Assembly: GCA_965219455.1 (NCBI GenBank)
Contig: OZ244744.1
Coordinates: 256,001 to 320,000 of the forward strand
Source of the DNA: Candidatus Latescibacterota bacterium
Lineage (GTDB): Bacteria > Latescibacterota > UBA2968 > GCA-2709665
Direction: 5' to 3'
Length of the DNA: 64,000 bases
The first letter of the stretch is position 1, and every line of letters begins with the position of its first letter. This document shows positions 28,692-38,061 of this stretch, one piece after another. A program made the position numbers and the translations under genes. The notes below the pieces were generated by a model, which did no database searches, was not told the DNA's origin, and saw nothing but the letters and a program-made list of their open reading frames with translations.

Positions 28692-29654
28692 TCACTCAAC
28701 GCGGCTTTCCAGCGTAGGGTATCCGACATTCCGATCCGTCTCGTTCAACAGCGGCACCCCCGCCATAAAACGTCTCAGATTCTCACAGAAAAAGTCAACA
28801 GTACGTTGAGGGCGGAAGTTGGATGCGCCCGCCGAGTGGGTTGTGATGATCACGTTCTCCAACTCCCATAGCGGGCTGGTCTCCGGCAACGGCTCGGTTT
28901 CGAAGACGTCCAACCCGGCTCCCGCAATTTCGCCGGACTCAAGTGCATCCGCCAGCGCCGCCTCGTCCACAATCGGGCCCCTTGCGGTATTGATCAGGAA
29001 GGCAGAATTCTTCATCAGACGGAACGCACGTTCATCAATCAGCCTTTCAGTCTGCGGCGTGTAGGGACAGGCGATAAACACCACGTCGGATGCCGACAGC
29101 ACATCTTCCAGCCGATCAGTTCCCCAAAGGGCCTCCACGTAATCCGGCCTTTCCGATTGCTGGACGTCCAGGGCGAGGATTCGCATTTCGAATCCCCGCG
29201 CCAGCCAGGCATACCGCCGTCCGATTCCTCCGAACCCGACAATCCCCGCCGTGGCCCCGTAAAGATCGCGGATCGGCACACCCTTCCATTCGTGCGAAAG
29301 CTGATTCCGGATGGATTGTTGCAGGCCGCGGAACAGCGCCGACGTCAGCGCCCATGCGTGTTCCGCCACCTGCATCGCATGCAGCCCGCTGGCGTTGCTC
29401 AATCTGAATCGGCCCTCCCGAACGCCCGGAATATCCAGCAACATATCCATGCCCGCGCTGGTGGTTTGAATCCACTTCACCCGCCTGGCTGCGCGGATGA
29501 TTTCCTCGTTGTACATTCCGAATATCACGTCCGCGTCTCCAACCACGGCATGCGCTTCGTCCATTGCCGCCATTGCCACCTCGGCCCCGGGCGCGGTTCG
29601 ACGCACCTGCTCACACAACGCCTCGCTCACCGGCGGGCACAGAACAATCTTCAT
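28692..29654 (-). CDS. D-2-hydroxyacid dehydrogenase (SerA-like)
   Basis: GFGGIG, INTARG, AGLDVFETEP and TTHSAG motifs. Confidence 0.92.
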   Translation of the reverse strand: MKIVLCPPVSEALCEQVRRTAPGAEVAMAAMDEAHAVVGDADVIFGMYNEEIIRAARRVKWIQTTSAGMDMLLDIPGVREGRFRLSNASGLHAMQVAEHAWALTSALFRGLQQSIRNQLSHEWKGVPIRDLYGATAGIVGFGGIGRRYAWLARGFEMRILALDVQQSERPDYVEALWGTDRLEDVLSASDVVFIACPYTPQTERLIDERAFRLMKNSAFLINTARGPIVDEAALADALESGEIAGAGLDVFETEPLPETSPLWELENVIITTHSAGASNFRPQRTVDFFCENLRRFMAGVPLLNETDRNVGYPTLESRVE

Positions 29655-29923
29655 GGGTAAACCTGCCTTTCCGATATGAACGCAGCCGGGAAACCGCATT
29701 CAACGGCAAACATCCCGCCCGGCAGACTCGCCTGTCGCCCTCCGGCGCCGGGGTCTTCCGGAGTCGTCCTGAACTTCCGTCAATTTCGGCGGTCCGATCG
29801 GATTGACCATCCCCTCACCGGGTCCTGCACGCCGTCTTAGAGGGTGTCCATTGACGACGGGGCCGTGCACGCGGCGCAAAGCCAGTCGAGATTGACCCTG
29901 CGCTCAGGTCTGATCCGCATTGC

Positions 29924-29952
29924 TTGACAAAACCGTATCCGCTGCTTACCAT
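29924..29952 (+). promoter_or_regulatory. Sigma70-like promoter of the MFS gene
   Basis: TTGACA-17nt-TACCAT. Confidence 0.6.
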
Positions 29953-29990
29953 ACCCATCTTTGGCGCCCATACAACCGCTGGCAGACCCC

Positions 29991-31214
29991 ATGACCGGAT
30001 CCACCCGCAATTCACTCGTCCTGCCCGTTTACGTTCCGTCGCTGATCCTGATGTTTGGCAATGGAATGCTTATTCCCATCCTTCCGCTCTACGCGAAGAC
30101 CTTCAGCGCGTCGTACGGTCTTGTGGGCGTCGTGCTTGCCGCCGAAGGCGTGGGCAGGCTGATCGGCGCTTTACCGGCCGGCATCCTGCTTGGCAGAGTA
30201 AGGCGGAAATCCGCAATGGTCCTTGGCGTAAGCTGCGTTGCCGTCTCCACGCTTATGCTGTTCTGGGCACGCGACGTCTACGAAGTCATGCTCTACCGGC
30301 TTGCAGCCGGCGTTGGAAGTTCGCTCTGGAGCATCGCATGCCACGCCTATCTGGCGGACGTTACCGCGGTTTTTCATCGAGGAAGGGCGCTCTCGATCTT
30401 CGGCGGCGTTCACCGGATCGGCAGCTTCGCCGGACCTGCTGCCGGTGGCGCGCTCGGCGCCTCCTACAGTCTGGAAACGCCATTCGTGGTGTTTGCCGCC
30501 CTGGCGACACTTGTCGCTATTGTAGCGATGACGACGTTCGGAACCGAAACGTCGCGTGTGGCGCCGACGGTGAGGGCCGGCCAAATCAGACGCCTGATGG
30601 CCATTTTCAAATCGCATTTTCGAGAACTTGCCACCGCAGGAACGGGGCAGCTCTTTGCCCAGACCATTCGAGCCGGACGCCCGGTGGTTGTGCCGCTGTA
30701 CGCGGCCGACGTGATCGGCCTGGACGTTCAGGCCATTGGATGGATCATCACCATTTCTGCGCTGGTTGACATGTCTCTTTTCTATCCCGCGGGCCATATT
30801 ATGGACCGTTACGGAAGAAAATTCGCGATGGTACCCTGCTTCCTTATCCAGGCAGTCGCAATGGCGGCCATTCCCTTCACCCACAGTTTTTCCGGGCTGC
30901 TTCTGGCCACATCGCTCCTGGGCCTGGGCAACGGCATCGGCTCCGGCTCCATGATGACACTCGGCGCGGACCTGGCACCCAGGGATTCTATCGGCGAGTT
31001 TCTGGGGGCCTGGCGCCTGGTTGGCGATACAGGCCATATGGGCGCGCCTCTCGTGATTGGGGGCATCGCCGATCTGCTCGGCCTCTCCCTCGCCACCTTT
31101 GCCATCGCGGGATTCGGCCTGCTTGCCTCGGGCACCTTTGCGTTCGTGGTGCCTGAAACCCTCACGGACGGTCCGTCTCCCGAGAGTTCCCCGCGTGGTG
31201 ACCCGCAAGAATGA
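29991..31214 (+). CDS. MFS transporter
   Basis: About 12 hydrophobic segments; G..MDRYGRK motif; alternative TTG start at 29961. Confidence 0.92.
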   Translation: MTGSTRNSLVLPVYVPSLILMFGNGMLIPILPLYAKTFSASYGLVGVVLAAEGVGRLIGALPAGILLGRVRRKSAMVLGVSCVAVSTLMLFWARDVYEVMLYRLAAGVGSSLWSIACHAYLADVTAVFHRGRALSIFGGVHRIGSFAGPAAGGALGASYSLETPFVVFAALATLVAIVAMTTFGTETSRVAPTVRAGQIRRLMAIFKSHFRELATAGTGQLFAQTIRAGRPVVVPLYAADVIGLDVQAIGWIITISALVDMSLFYPAGHIMDRYGRKFAMVPCFLIQAVAMAAIPFTHSFSGLLLATSLLGLGNGIGSGSMMTLGADLAPRDSIGEFLGAWRLVGDTGHMGAPLVIGGIADLLGLSLATFAIAGFGLLASGTFAFVVPETLTDGPSPESSPRGDPQE

Positions 31215-31356
31215 CCAGTCTTGCGAAAAAACCCCGCCCTTCGGGGCACAGGTTCACATAGGTGTCCCGAACGCCGCCCAACGTAGTCTGCAAACCCGGA
31301 GCGGTCAACCGAATCTCTCGACCTGCCCGAGAGCAGCCGCCTGCGGGCTGATTCAA

Positions 31357-31385
31357 TTGACAACGCTCGCGTCGCCCGTTAGATT
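31357..31385 (+). promoter_or_regulatory. Sigma70-like promoter
   Basis: TTGACA-17nt-TAGATT upstream of the small membrane protein and GT2 genes. Confidence 0.6.
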
Positions 31386-31434
31386 CCCTGAGACAGACTC
31401 CCACGATCCTCTACCCGAAAAAGAGACGGATCCG

Positions 31435-31635
31435 ATGACCAGAGAAAGTATCATTGCGGGCATCTGCCTGCTGATCACCCTGGGCCTGATGTGGCTTGTG
31501 GATCATCCGAACAAGGTTGCGGGCAGCGTTATCCTGGGTATTGTTTTCTGTGTCTTCATTCTGGTTGCTCGGCTGAAGGGCCGAAATAACTCTAGAACGA
31601 ACCGGATGATACGAAAACCGCCGGAACGAAAGTAA
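31435..31635 (+). CDS. Small two-TM membrane protein (66 aa)
   Basis: MTRESIIAGICLLITLGLMWLVDHPNKVAGSVILGIVFCVFILVARLKGR...; basic C-terminal tail; promoter upstream. Confidence 0.6.
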   Translation: MTRESIIAGICLLITLGLMWLVDHPNKVAGSVILGIVFCVFILVARLKGRNNSRTNRMIRKPPERK

Positions 31636-31671
31636 ACGCCTTCAGCCCTCTCCTGGAAGCCATTCCTTGCC

Positions 31672-32394
31672 ATGCATGCCTCTCCCAAAATCGCCGTGGT
31701 CATTCCGGTTTTCAACGAGCAGGAAGCCATTCAGAACGTACTGTCGGACATTCCGCGCCGTCTCGACGCCGACGTCGTGGTGGTGGACAACGGCTCCACC
31801 GACCGAACGGTCGACCTGGCCAGGCAGATGGGGGCCCGTATTGTTCACGAACATCGCAGGGGATACGGCTGGGCTTGCCTGGCGGGTATCGACTCCCTGG
31901 TGAAACCCGACATTGTCGTTTTCCTGGACGGCGATTACAGTGACCATCCCGATGAAATGACGCTTCTGGTGGAGCCCATCGTAGAGGGCCGCGCGGATCT
32001 TGTGATTGGTTCGCGCACACTGGGAACCAGGGAGGCCGGCGCGCTACTGCCACAGGCCCGATTCGGCAACTGGCTGGCCACGTGGCTCATCCGCCGTCTG
32101 TTTGGCGCTAACTTCACCGATCTCGGGCCATTCCGCGCCCTTACGTATCCGGCACTCGTAAAGCTCGATATGGAGGACAAGACCTTTGGTTGGACCGTGG
32201 AAATGCAGGTGAAAGCTGCCCGGATGGATTTCCGGTTCCTGGAAGTTCCGGTCAGCTATCGGCGTCGAATCGGCGTTTCCAAGATCACCGGAACCATAAG
32301 CGGTACGATCAGGGCGGGTTGGAAAATCCTTTACACCATCTTCAAATACAGATTCACGGAAACGCCTCAATCCGCACGTCTTGCCCCGCGTTGA
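31672..32394 (+). CDS. Glycosyltransferase family 2 (DPM1-like)
   Basis: VIPVFNE, VVDNGSTD, FLDGD and TDLGPFR motifs. Confidence 0.92.
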   Translation: MHASPKIAVVIPVFNEQEAIQNVLSDIPRRLDADVVVVDNGSTDRTVDLARQMGARIVHEHRRGYGWACLAGIDSLVKPDIVVFLDGDYSDHPDEMTLLVEPIVEGRADLVIGSRTLGTREAGALLPQARFGNWLATWLIRRLFGANFTDLGPFRALTYPALVKLDMEDKTFGWTVEMQVKAARMDFRFLEVPVSYRRRIGVSKITGTISGTIRAGWKILYTIFKYRFTETPQSARLAPR

Positions 32395-32487
32395 AATGCC
32401 CTCGCCGCGCCCCGGTGTCCCGTCCCTGAAATATATCACCATTCGATTCCATTGGCGACAAATGTGGTCAGGCCGATCGGAACCCCC

Positions 32488-32799
32488 TTAGACGCCCCCG
32501 TCTTCGTCGTCCAGCATCATCGTCAGACGCGTGGCCACCTGCTCGGCCTGCCGGCCAGCCGCTTCGCGTCCCGACCGGTACTTTAACAGTCTGTCGGCGA
32601 TATCCAATGCCGCGATAATGGCTATTTTTGTCGGATCGGCCAGCTTCTGCTGGGACGCGATCTCCGTCATCCGGCGATCGACAAGTTCTGCAACCCGGCG
32701 GGTATACTCGGATGACTCCCGACTCTGAACGGGGTATTGGCGCCCAAAGATCGTAACGTCCGTCGTCTCACCTCGGTTAAGGCCGTCCGGAAGTATCAT
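32488..32799 (-). CDS. zapA: Cell division protein ZapA
   Basis: VTIFGRQY...VAELVDRRM...AIIAALDIAD. Confidence 0.85.
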   Translation of the reverse strand: MILPDGLNRGETTDVTIFGRQYPVQSRESSEYTRRVAELVDRRMTEIASQQKLADPTKIAIIAALDIADRLLKYRSGREAAGRQAEQVATRLTMMLDDEDGGV

Positions 32800-32981
32800 T
32801 CTACCCCCTGAACTGTCCACGGAGCATCGGCGTACCCTATCAGACGACTACAACATGCGCTCGTTTCGCCAGTCAAGACGCCAACAAATCCGCGATTTCC
32901 GGTGCCACGGTAATGTTGCCCGGGCTGGAATCTACGGCGCGCGAAAACCCGCCGACCCCTCCTGTATCGATGGTGTTGAAC

Positions 32982-33248
32982 TCAGATCTTGTTGGCGGCT
33001 TCAAGCGGATCCACCCGCACCACGCCGTCCGTCGCCGGTATCATCACCTCCACGACCCATCCGTCCACGTCCTTGCCCATGACCCGAATCCGCTTGGGCA
33101 TTCGCCGCAATACCGTCGCGTCTTTGGAAACCCTGGCGAATGCGTGGTATTTTTCATCGTCCACACAGAAATACCGCTGGATACGCCCCTCGGGTCTTCC
33201 GCCCAGTTGTGCACTGCTCTGTTTGTGGCCGTCCGATGATTCCGCCAT
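32982..33248 (-). CDS. Hypothetical protein (88 aa)
   Basis: Begins 15 nt after the nadD stop on the same strand; protein-like composition. Confidence 0.6.
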   Translation of the reverse strand: MAESSDGHKQSSAQLGGRPEGRIQRYFCVDDEKYHAFARVSKDATVLRRMPKRIRVMGKDVDGWVVEVMIPATDGVVRVDPLEAANKI

Positions 33249-33263
33249 CGTTTGCTCGCATTT

Positions 33264-33851
33264 CTACCGGTAGAGATGGTGCGTTTCGATAAATTGCGCG
33301 ACGTTGTCCGGCACCCAATATCGAATGGGCCGGCCCGTACGAATGCGCGAACGGATCTGTGTGGAAGAAATCTCGAGAAGCGGCGTATCCAGGAAACGCA
33401 TCCGTGCGGCTAGTCGGTTATCTGCATCATCGGGAAGAAACCCGGGGCGACCCATCACCGTCACGTGCGCAAGGTCCAGTACGCCCTGGGGATCGCACCA
33501 CGTTGACATCTCCAACGCGTTGTCCGCACCGATGATCAGATGGAATTCAGTCCTGGATCCCAGTGTCCTGCGGAGTTGTCTCAGCGTCTCGACGGTATAG
33601 GACTTGCCAATTCGCTCCAATTCGATCCGGCACAGTTCAAACCGGGGTTGTCTGTCAAGGGCGAGTGCAACCATCCTGGCGCGCGCATCGGCCGGCGCCA
33701 TGTCGGCAGCTCTTTTGTGAGGAGGGTCCGCCGAGGGAACGAACAGGACCCGATCCAGACAACATTGCGCCAACGCCTCCTGTGCGATTATCAGATGGCC
33801 AAGATGAATCGGATCGAACGTCCCGCCGAGAATGCCGATCCTGCCGCCCAT
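33264..33851 (-). CDS. nadD: Nicotinate-nucleotide adenylyltransferase
   Basis: GGTFDPIHLGH, PPHK, SYT, IGAD and ISSTQIR motifs. Confidence 0.96.
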   Translation of the reverse strand: MGGRIGILGGTFDPIHLGHLIIAQEALAQCCLDRVLFVPSADPPHKRAADMAPADARARMVALALDRQPRFELCRIELERIGKSYTVETLRQLRRTLGSRTEFHLIIGADNALEMSTWCDPQGVLDLAHVTVMGRPGFLPDDADNRLAARMRFLDTPLLEISSTQIRSRIRTGRPIRYWVPDNVAQFIETHHLYR

Positions 33852-33857
33852 GCAGCC

Positions 33858-34679
33858 TCACCTGGTATTTGCAGCGCTGGAGCCGTTTGTCTTTTCCGCC
33901 GGTTTCCGGTGTTCGGTCTTTTGCGCGGCCAGGGACTTCTCGATCTGGCGTATCTCTTCCGCAATGTCCTGTTTAAGTTCATCCTGAACGCCATCCGCGG
34001 CCAGGAGTCTCAACATCTCGAGCGCTTCGTCCAACGCACCCAGACGGTGTTTTGCCCGCGCGAGAATAAACCGGGCTCTTGACGCGAGCGCGGTATCGTC
34101 GAATTCCTTCAGGACAATCTCGCAGTAACGCGCGGCGGATTCGAACATGTCCCACTGAATGTAGTTCTCCGCAACCGTGAGTTTTTTTAGCGCCAATTTC
34201 GTCCGAAGCTCCTGGATTCGGTCACGCGTGCTCGGGACGAGATCGCTATCGGGGAAATCCTCTATAAACCGTTCAAACTCCCGGATGGCCTTGTGAGTTT
34301 CATCCTGGTCGTGGTGGATTCCCCGGGATTGCCGATAATAACACACGCCGATCTGATACCGCGCCTGGTCAACAAACGGACTGGTTGGAAATTCATTCAG
34401 CAGGCGCTCGAATTCAAATACGGCCGTCACGTAGTCCTTATCGCATAAATAGGCGAAGCCCAGTTTATATTGGGCGCGATCTACCAGATGGGACCCCGGA
34501 AAATCCGAAAGCAGATTGCGGAGCAGCTTCTGGGCCTCCCAGCAATTCTTCTTTTCCAGCTCCTCATTCGCTTTTTCCAGGTAAAGGTCCGCACTGGGGT
34601 GGCGATACCTGTTTTGCGCGCATCCCCAGAATGCCACCAGGCCCAATGAACACAGAACAAAAATACTCCGCTTCAACAT
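33858..34679 (-). CDS. bamD: Outer membrane protein assembly lipoprotein BamD
   Basis: Lipobox-like LVAFWGC, TPR-like repeats, DQ.ET..A...F..F...FPDS. Confidence 0.88.
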   Translation of the reverse strand: MLKRSIFVLCSLGLVAFWGCAQNRYRHPSADLYLEKANEELEKKNCWEAQKLLRNLLSDFPGSHLVDRAQYKLGFAYLCDKDYVTAVFEFERLLNEFPTSPFVDQARYQIGVCYYRQSRGIHHDQDETHKAIREFERFIEDFPDSDLVPSTRDRIQELRTKLALKKLTVAENYIQWDMFESAARYCEIVLKEFDDTALASRARFILARAKHRLGALDEALEMLRLLAADGVQDELKQDIAEEIRQIEKSLAAQKTEHRKPAEKTNGSSAANTR

Positions 34680-35181
34680 ACCCTTCTTACCCCACAAAAA
34701 CAGAAAATCGGGGCCCTGTTTATCCCAACCCCGAACGGTCGGTGCAATCGACCACCCCAAAACCCGGACGTCTGTGAGCGGTGCATTCCCGGGAAACAAC
34801 CGGTAAAACCGACGCCTTTACCTTTGACTCTGGAAACACACGGATGGTTCCGAACAAAACCGGTAAGATTACCCGCCAATTCGTGAACGTGGAAACTCCC
34901 GGTTTCCATTCGGCTTACGTACTCAGATCGGAAAAACTTAAGCAAACCCCAAAGGCAAGTCAAGGAAATACAAATAGGTCCGTATGCTTCGGATTCTTCC
35001 GCCGGAATTCGCACAGGTTCACCTTGACGAAGGAACACGGATCTTGTTAACTTGCATTCTGATTTGGATTCGCTTCAGGGCCGTTCACGAGGGGTACGAT
35101 CGAGATTCGGGGTACGATTTTTTATAACGGGACCATTGGCGCGGTCCGATTCGCGGCTCCCCGATCATTCCGGAAAACACG

Positions 35182-36129
35182 ATGGCGTCACACACGCACG
35201 TTCTGGTCATTGGCAGTTATAACATGGATCTGATCGTTCAATCTCCAAGCCTGCCGAGACCTGGCCAAACCATAATGGCAGATACGTTCGTCACATTGCC
35301 AGGCGGCAAGGGCGCCAATCAGGCGGTGGCGGCGGCCCGTTCCGGGGCGTTTGTATCCTTCGTTGCAAGAGTAGGCAGCGACGCCTTCGGTGCGCAGGCT
35401 CTGCGTTGCCTCGACGCGGAGGGAATCGACACCACCTACGTGCTGAAAGATCCGGATCTGCCGTCGGGGATCGCCTCGATCCTGGTGGACGGCAAGGGGG
35501 AGAACGCCATTGCCGTGGTTCCTGGCGCCAACGCCGCCCTATCCCCGCTTCAGATCGACTCCGCCGGTTCCCTTTTCGAACGCGTTTCCAATTGCCTGCT
35601 TCAGCTGGAAACACCGCTGCCCACGGTTCTCCACGCCGCGGGTCTTGCGAAGGAACGCGGCGTACCGGTTATTCTCAACCCCGCCCCCGCGCGTGACCTG
35701 CCCGCGGAACTCCTTTCCGATCTTTTTCTTCTGACGCCGAACGAATCGGAAACCGAAGTTCTAACCGGTATTCGACCGGATACCGAAAGCGCGGCACGCC
35801 GTGCTACAGACATCCTGATGGGCCGCGGTGTAAACAACGTAATTATTACACTTGGCGCACGCGGAGCGCTTCTGGCGACGGATCGGGAGACCATACTGGT
35901 TCCCGCGCCCAGGGTCGACGCACGCGACACCACGGGCGCCGGAGACGCCTTCAACGGCGCTCTCGCGGCCTCACTCGGCACAACGCGGACCCTTGCGGAC
36001 GCTGTCGCCTTTGCCAATTGCGCGGGCGCCCTCGCGGTAACAGAAATCGGCGCACAGGCTGCGCTGCCGCGAGAACCGCAGATTCGCGCCCTGATGGAGG
36101 CGCGGCCGCAGAGCCAATCGTCACCCTGA
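35182..36129 (+). CDS. rbsK: Ribokinase
   Basis: GSYNMD, GGKGANQA, QLE, NPAPA, PNESE and DTTGAGDAF motifs. Confidence 0.93.
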   Translation: MASHTHVLVIGSYNMDLIVQSPSLPRPGQTIMADTFVTLPGGKGANQAVAAARSGAFVSFVARVGSDAFGAQALRCLDAEGIDTTYVLKDPDLPSGIASILVDGKGENAIAVVPGANAALSPLQIDSAGSLFERVSNCLLQLETPLPTVLHAAGLAKERGVPVILNPAPARDLPAELLSDLFLLTPNESETEVLTGIRPDTESAARRATDILMGRGVNNVIITLGARGALLATDRETILVPAPRVDARDTTGAGDAFNGALAASLGTTRTLADAVAFANCAGALAVTEIGAQAALPREPQIRALMEARPQSQSSP

Positions 36130-36161
36130 CCACGGGATCACCTCTTTTTTTGCCTTTTCTC

Positions 36162-36190
36162 TTGACCCGACTTCCACCCTGTCCTATATT
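36162..36190 (+). promoter_or_regulatory. Sigma70-like promoter of the small-protein gene
   Basis: TTGACC-17nt-TATATT. Confidence 0.6.
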
Positions 36191-36278
36191 CTGATCCCTC
36201 ACACATATTTCGCGAGCTTGAACGGCATTCAACCTCCCCCCTCTCCCTGATTCCCCTTGCACGAAGGGAGCGTGTTGT

Positions 36279-36464
36279 ATGGCGAACCGCAGGAATGTCG
36301 AGCCACGTCTCGACTATGAGGATCTTGTGAACGAGTTGGATCGGTTTGAATCGGAAGCCAAAGACCTTCAGGTGCGTATCGCGCAGTTTATGAAGAATGC
36401 CAGGCAGACGCTGGCGGGCGAGACGAGTCCGGGTGTGGAACACGTGGGTATTGCCGCCGACTGA
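36279..36464 (+). CDS. Small hypothetical protein (61 aa, helical/coiled-coil)
   Basis: RBS AAGGGAG; own promoter and terminator. Confidence 0.7.
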   Translation: MANRRNVEPRLDYEDLVNELDRFESEAKDLQVRIAQFMKNARQTLAGETSPGVEHVGIAAD

Positions 36465-36489
36465 ATTCGCATCTTCATATGACATGGAC

Positions 36490-36530
36490 AAACGAACAAG
36501 GCGGGGTCTTACACCCCGCCTTGTTCGTTT
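36490..36530. terminator. Probably bidirectional intrinsic terminator
   Basis: 18-bp perfect stem AAACGAACAAGGCGGGGT/ACCCCGCCTTGTTCGTTT with loop CTTAC, between convergent genes. Confidence 0.85.
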
Positions 36531-36619
36531 CAGAACGCCATTTGTCGATGTTTTTTACCGCCACCTGGCACCGAACGGTATTGGACGCAAAGCCGATCCA
36601 TTCGCGGAGTTCCCGGCCC

Positions 36620-37573
36620 CTACCGTGCATCAACCGGTCCGGCCATCCCTCCATGGAGTCTCTTCAAAGCGGTTACGTCCGCTTCATCCAGCGAACCCAT
36701 TTCCGATGCCGCCGCGTTCGCCTCGGCCTGCTCCGGCGTCTTGGCGCCGGGAATCACGCTCGACACGGCCGGTTGGCTCAATACGAATCTCAGCGCTGTC
36801 TGCGCCAGCGTAGGGCTCCGGTCGCCCACCAGCGCCTCAACCATGGCCACCTGCGCCAGGGCCCGCTGCAATCGCCCGTCCTTCTGCCAGCCGGCCCGGA
36901 AGTCCGCCCCCGGAAATTTGGAATCCTTCCGGTATTTTCCGCTCAGCAGGCCCCTCGCCAGGGGCGCCTTGATAACCGTCCCGACCCCGGCCTTCCGAGC
37001 AGATTCAAACAACTCGGGATCGGGACGCTGGTCCAGGATATTGTAGTAGATCTGAATCACATCCACACATCCGGACTCGATGCATAGCCGCCCCTGTTCA
37101 GCCGTATCGACCGATACCCCTGCGAAACGGATCTTGCCCGCTTGCTTCATCCGGGTCAAGAATTCGAAAATACCGCACCGTCGAATGGTTTCAGTATCCG
37201 GATCGTGGATGTAATAAACATCGAAATAGTCCGTTCTCAAACAACGCAGACTGGCCTCGACCGCCCGGCAGAGGTAAATCAGCGAAAAATCGCAATAAGG
37301 CGCACCACCCACGTACCACCAGCCGCCCTTGGTTGCCAGCACGACCTGTTCCCGCCTTCCCACCAGCGCCCTGCCCAAAACACGTTCGCTGCGCCCGTTC
37401 CCGTATGCGTCCGCCGTATCAAAAAACGTCACACCGACGTCGAGCGCCTTGTGGACGGCACGAACCGACGTCTCGTCGTTTACGGGCCCCCAGTCCAATC
37501 CCCGTAACGGCCCCGCACCGAATCCGACCTCCGAAATCCGGGGACCGCCCTTACAGAGCGCCCGGCGATTCAT
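36620..37573 (-). CDS. Aldo/keto reductase
   Basis: FFDTADAYG, LATKGG, SLRCLRTDYFD, YIH, PLARGLLSGKY and VIPGAKTPEQ motifs. Confidence 0.93.
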   Translation of the reverse strand: MNRRALCKGGPRISEVGFGAGPLRGLDWGPVNDETSVRAVHKALDVGVTFFDTADAYGNGRSERVLGRALVGRREQVVLATKGGWWYVGGAPYCDFSLIYLCRAVEASLRCLRTDYFDVYYIHDPDTETIRRCGIFEFLTRMKQAGKIRFAGVSVDTAEQGRLCIESGCVDVIQIYYNILDQRPDPELFESARKAGVGTVIKAPLARGLLSGKYRKDSKFPGADFRAGWQKDGRLQRALAQVAMVEALVGDRSPTLAQTALRFVLSQPAVSSVIPGAKTPEQAEANAAASEMGSLDEADVTALKRLHGGMAGPVDAR

Positions 37574-37875
37574 GGCCACCCCTGAAAGGTAAGTCGACCG
37601 CCAAGATATAACGGCCCTCGAAGGCTCCCTCCCGGCGATTCCCTCGAAGGCCGAAAACGGTATCGTTTCGATACCGCAGAGATAATAGGACCAACAAATC
37701 AGGTTGTCAACCAAAATTGGGTTCGGTGCGCAAGGAGCCGCGGCGGAGAATTGGGGCCGGTGGGTATGCGCCCGTCCGCCCGTCTTAGACGCATAAAACC
37801 CCCGTTAGACGCCTCGTGCCTGTCGAAGTGTTGTTTCATGGATGGAGTTCGATAAGTTGGCAAGAGTCCGTTTAC

Positions 37876-37962
37876 CCGGATACGATAGTATGATAAAATT
37901 TATTTATTGATTTTATCAAATATATAAATTAGCAATATATCCGGTGGTATCTTATTATTATC
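37876..37962. promoter_or_regulatory. Strongly AT-rich intergenic tract with nested inverted repeats
   Basis: TGATAAAAT (37891-37899)-N10-ATTTTATCA (37910-37918), enclosed by CCGGATA (37876-37882) and TATCCGG (37938-37944); lies between divergent genes. Confidence 0.45.
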
Positions 37963-38061
37963 GTGGTTGTCCCCACGCCGGCACTGGCGATTCCCACGGA
38001 CTCCGGAGCGGGTCCCGCCAGAGAATCAACGCTGAACCCGATCATTGCAAGGGACTCTGTT

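Noticed and set aside
32395-32487. 6S RNA downstream of zapA
   Set aside because: Only ~90 nt are available before the convergent GT2 gene, which is too short.
32820-32890. GACTGGCGAAA on the minus strand upstream of zapA, resembling the ZTP aptamer 5' core
   Set aside because: No P2 helix, GGGA or CGCCUGGG pseudoknot partner, and the gene context is wrong; more likely part of a TTGACT -35 element.
37783-37812. Integron attC/attI core (GTTAGAC)
   Set aside because: No complementary RYYYAAC inverse core at a suitable distance, no cassette array and no integrase.
37876-37962. Replication origin unwinding element
   Set aside because: No DnaA boxes seen and no dnaA, dnaN or gidA nearby.
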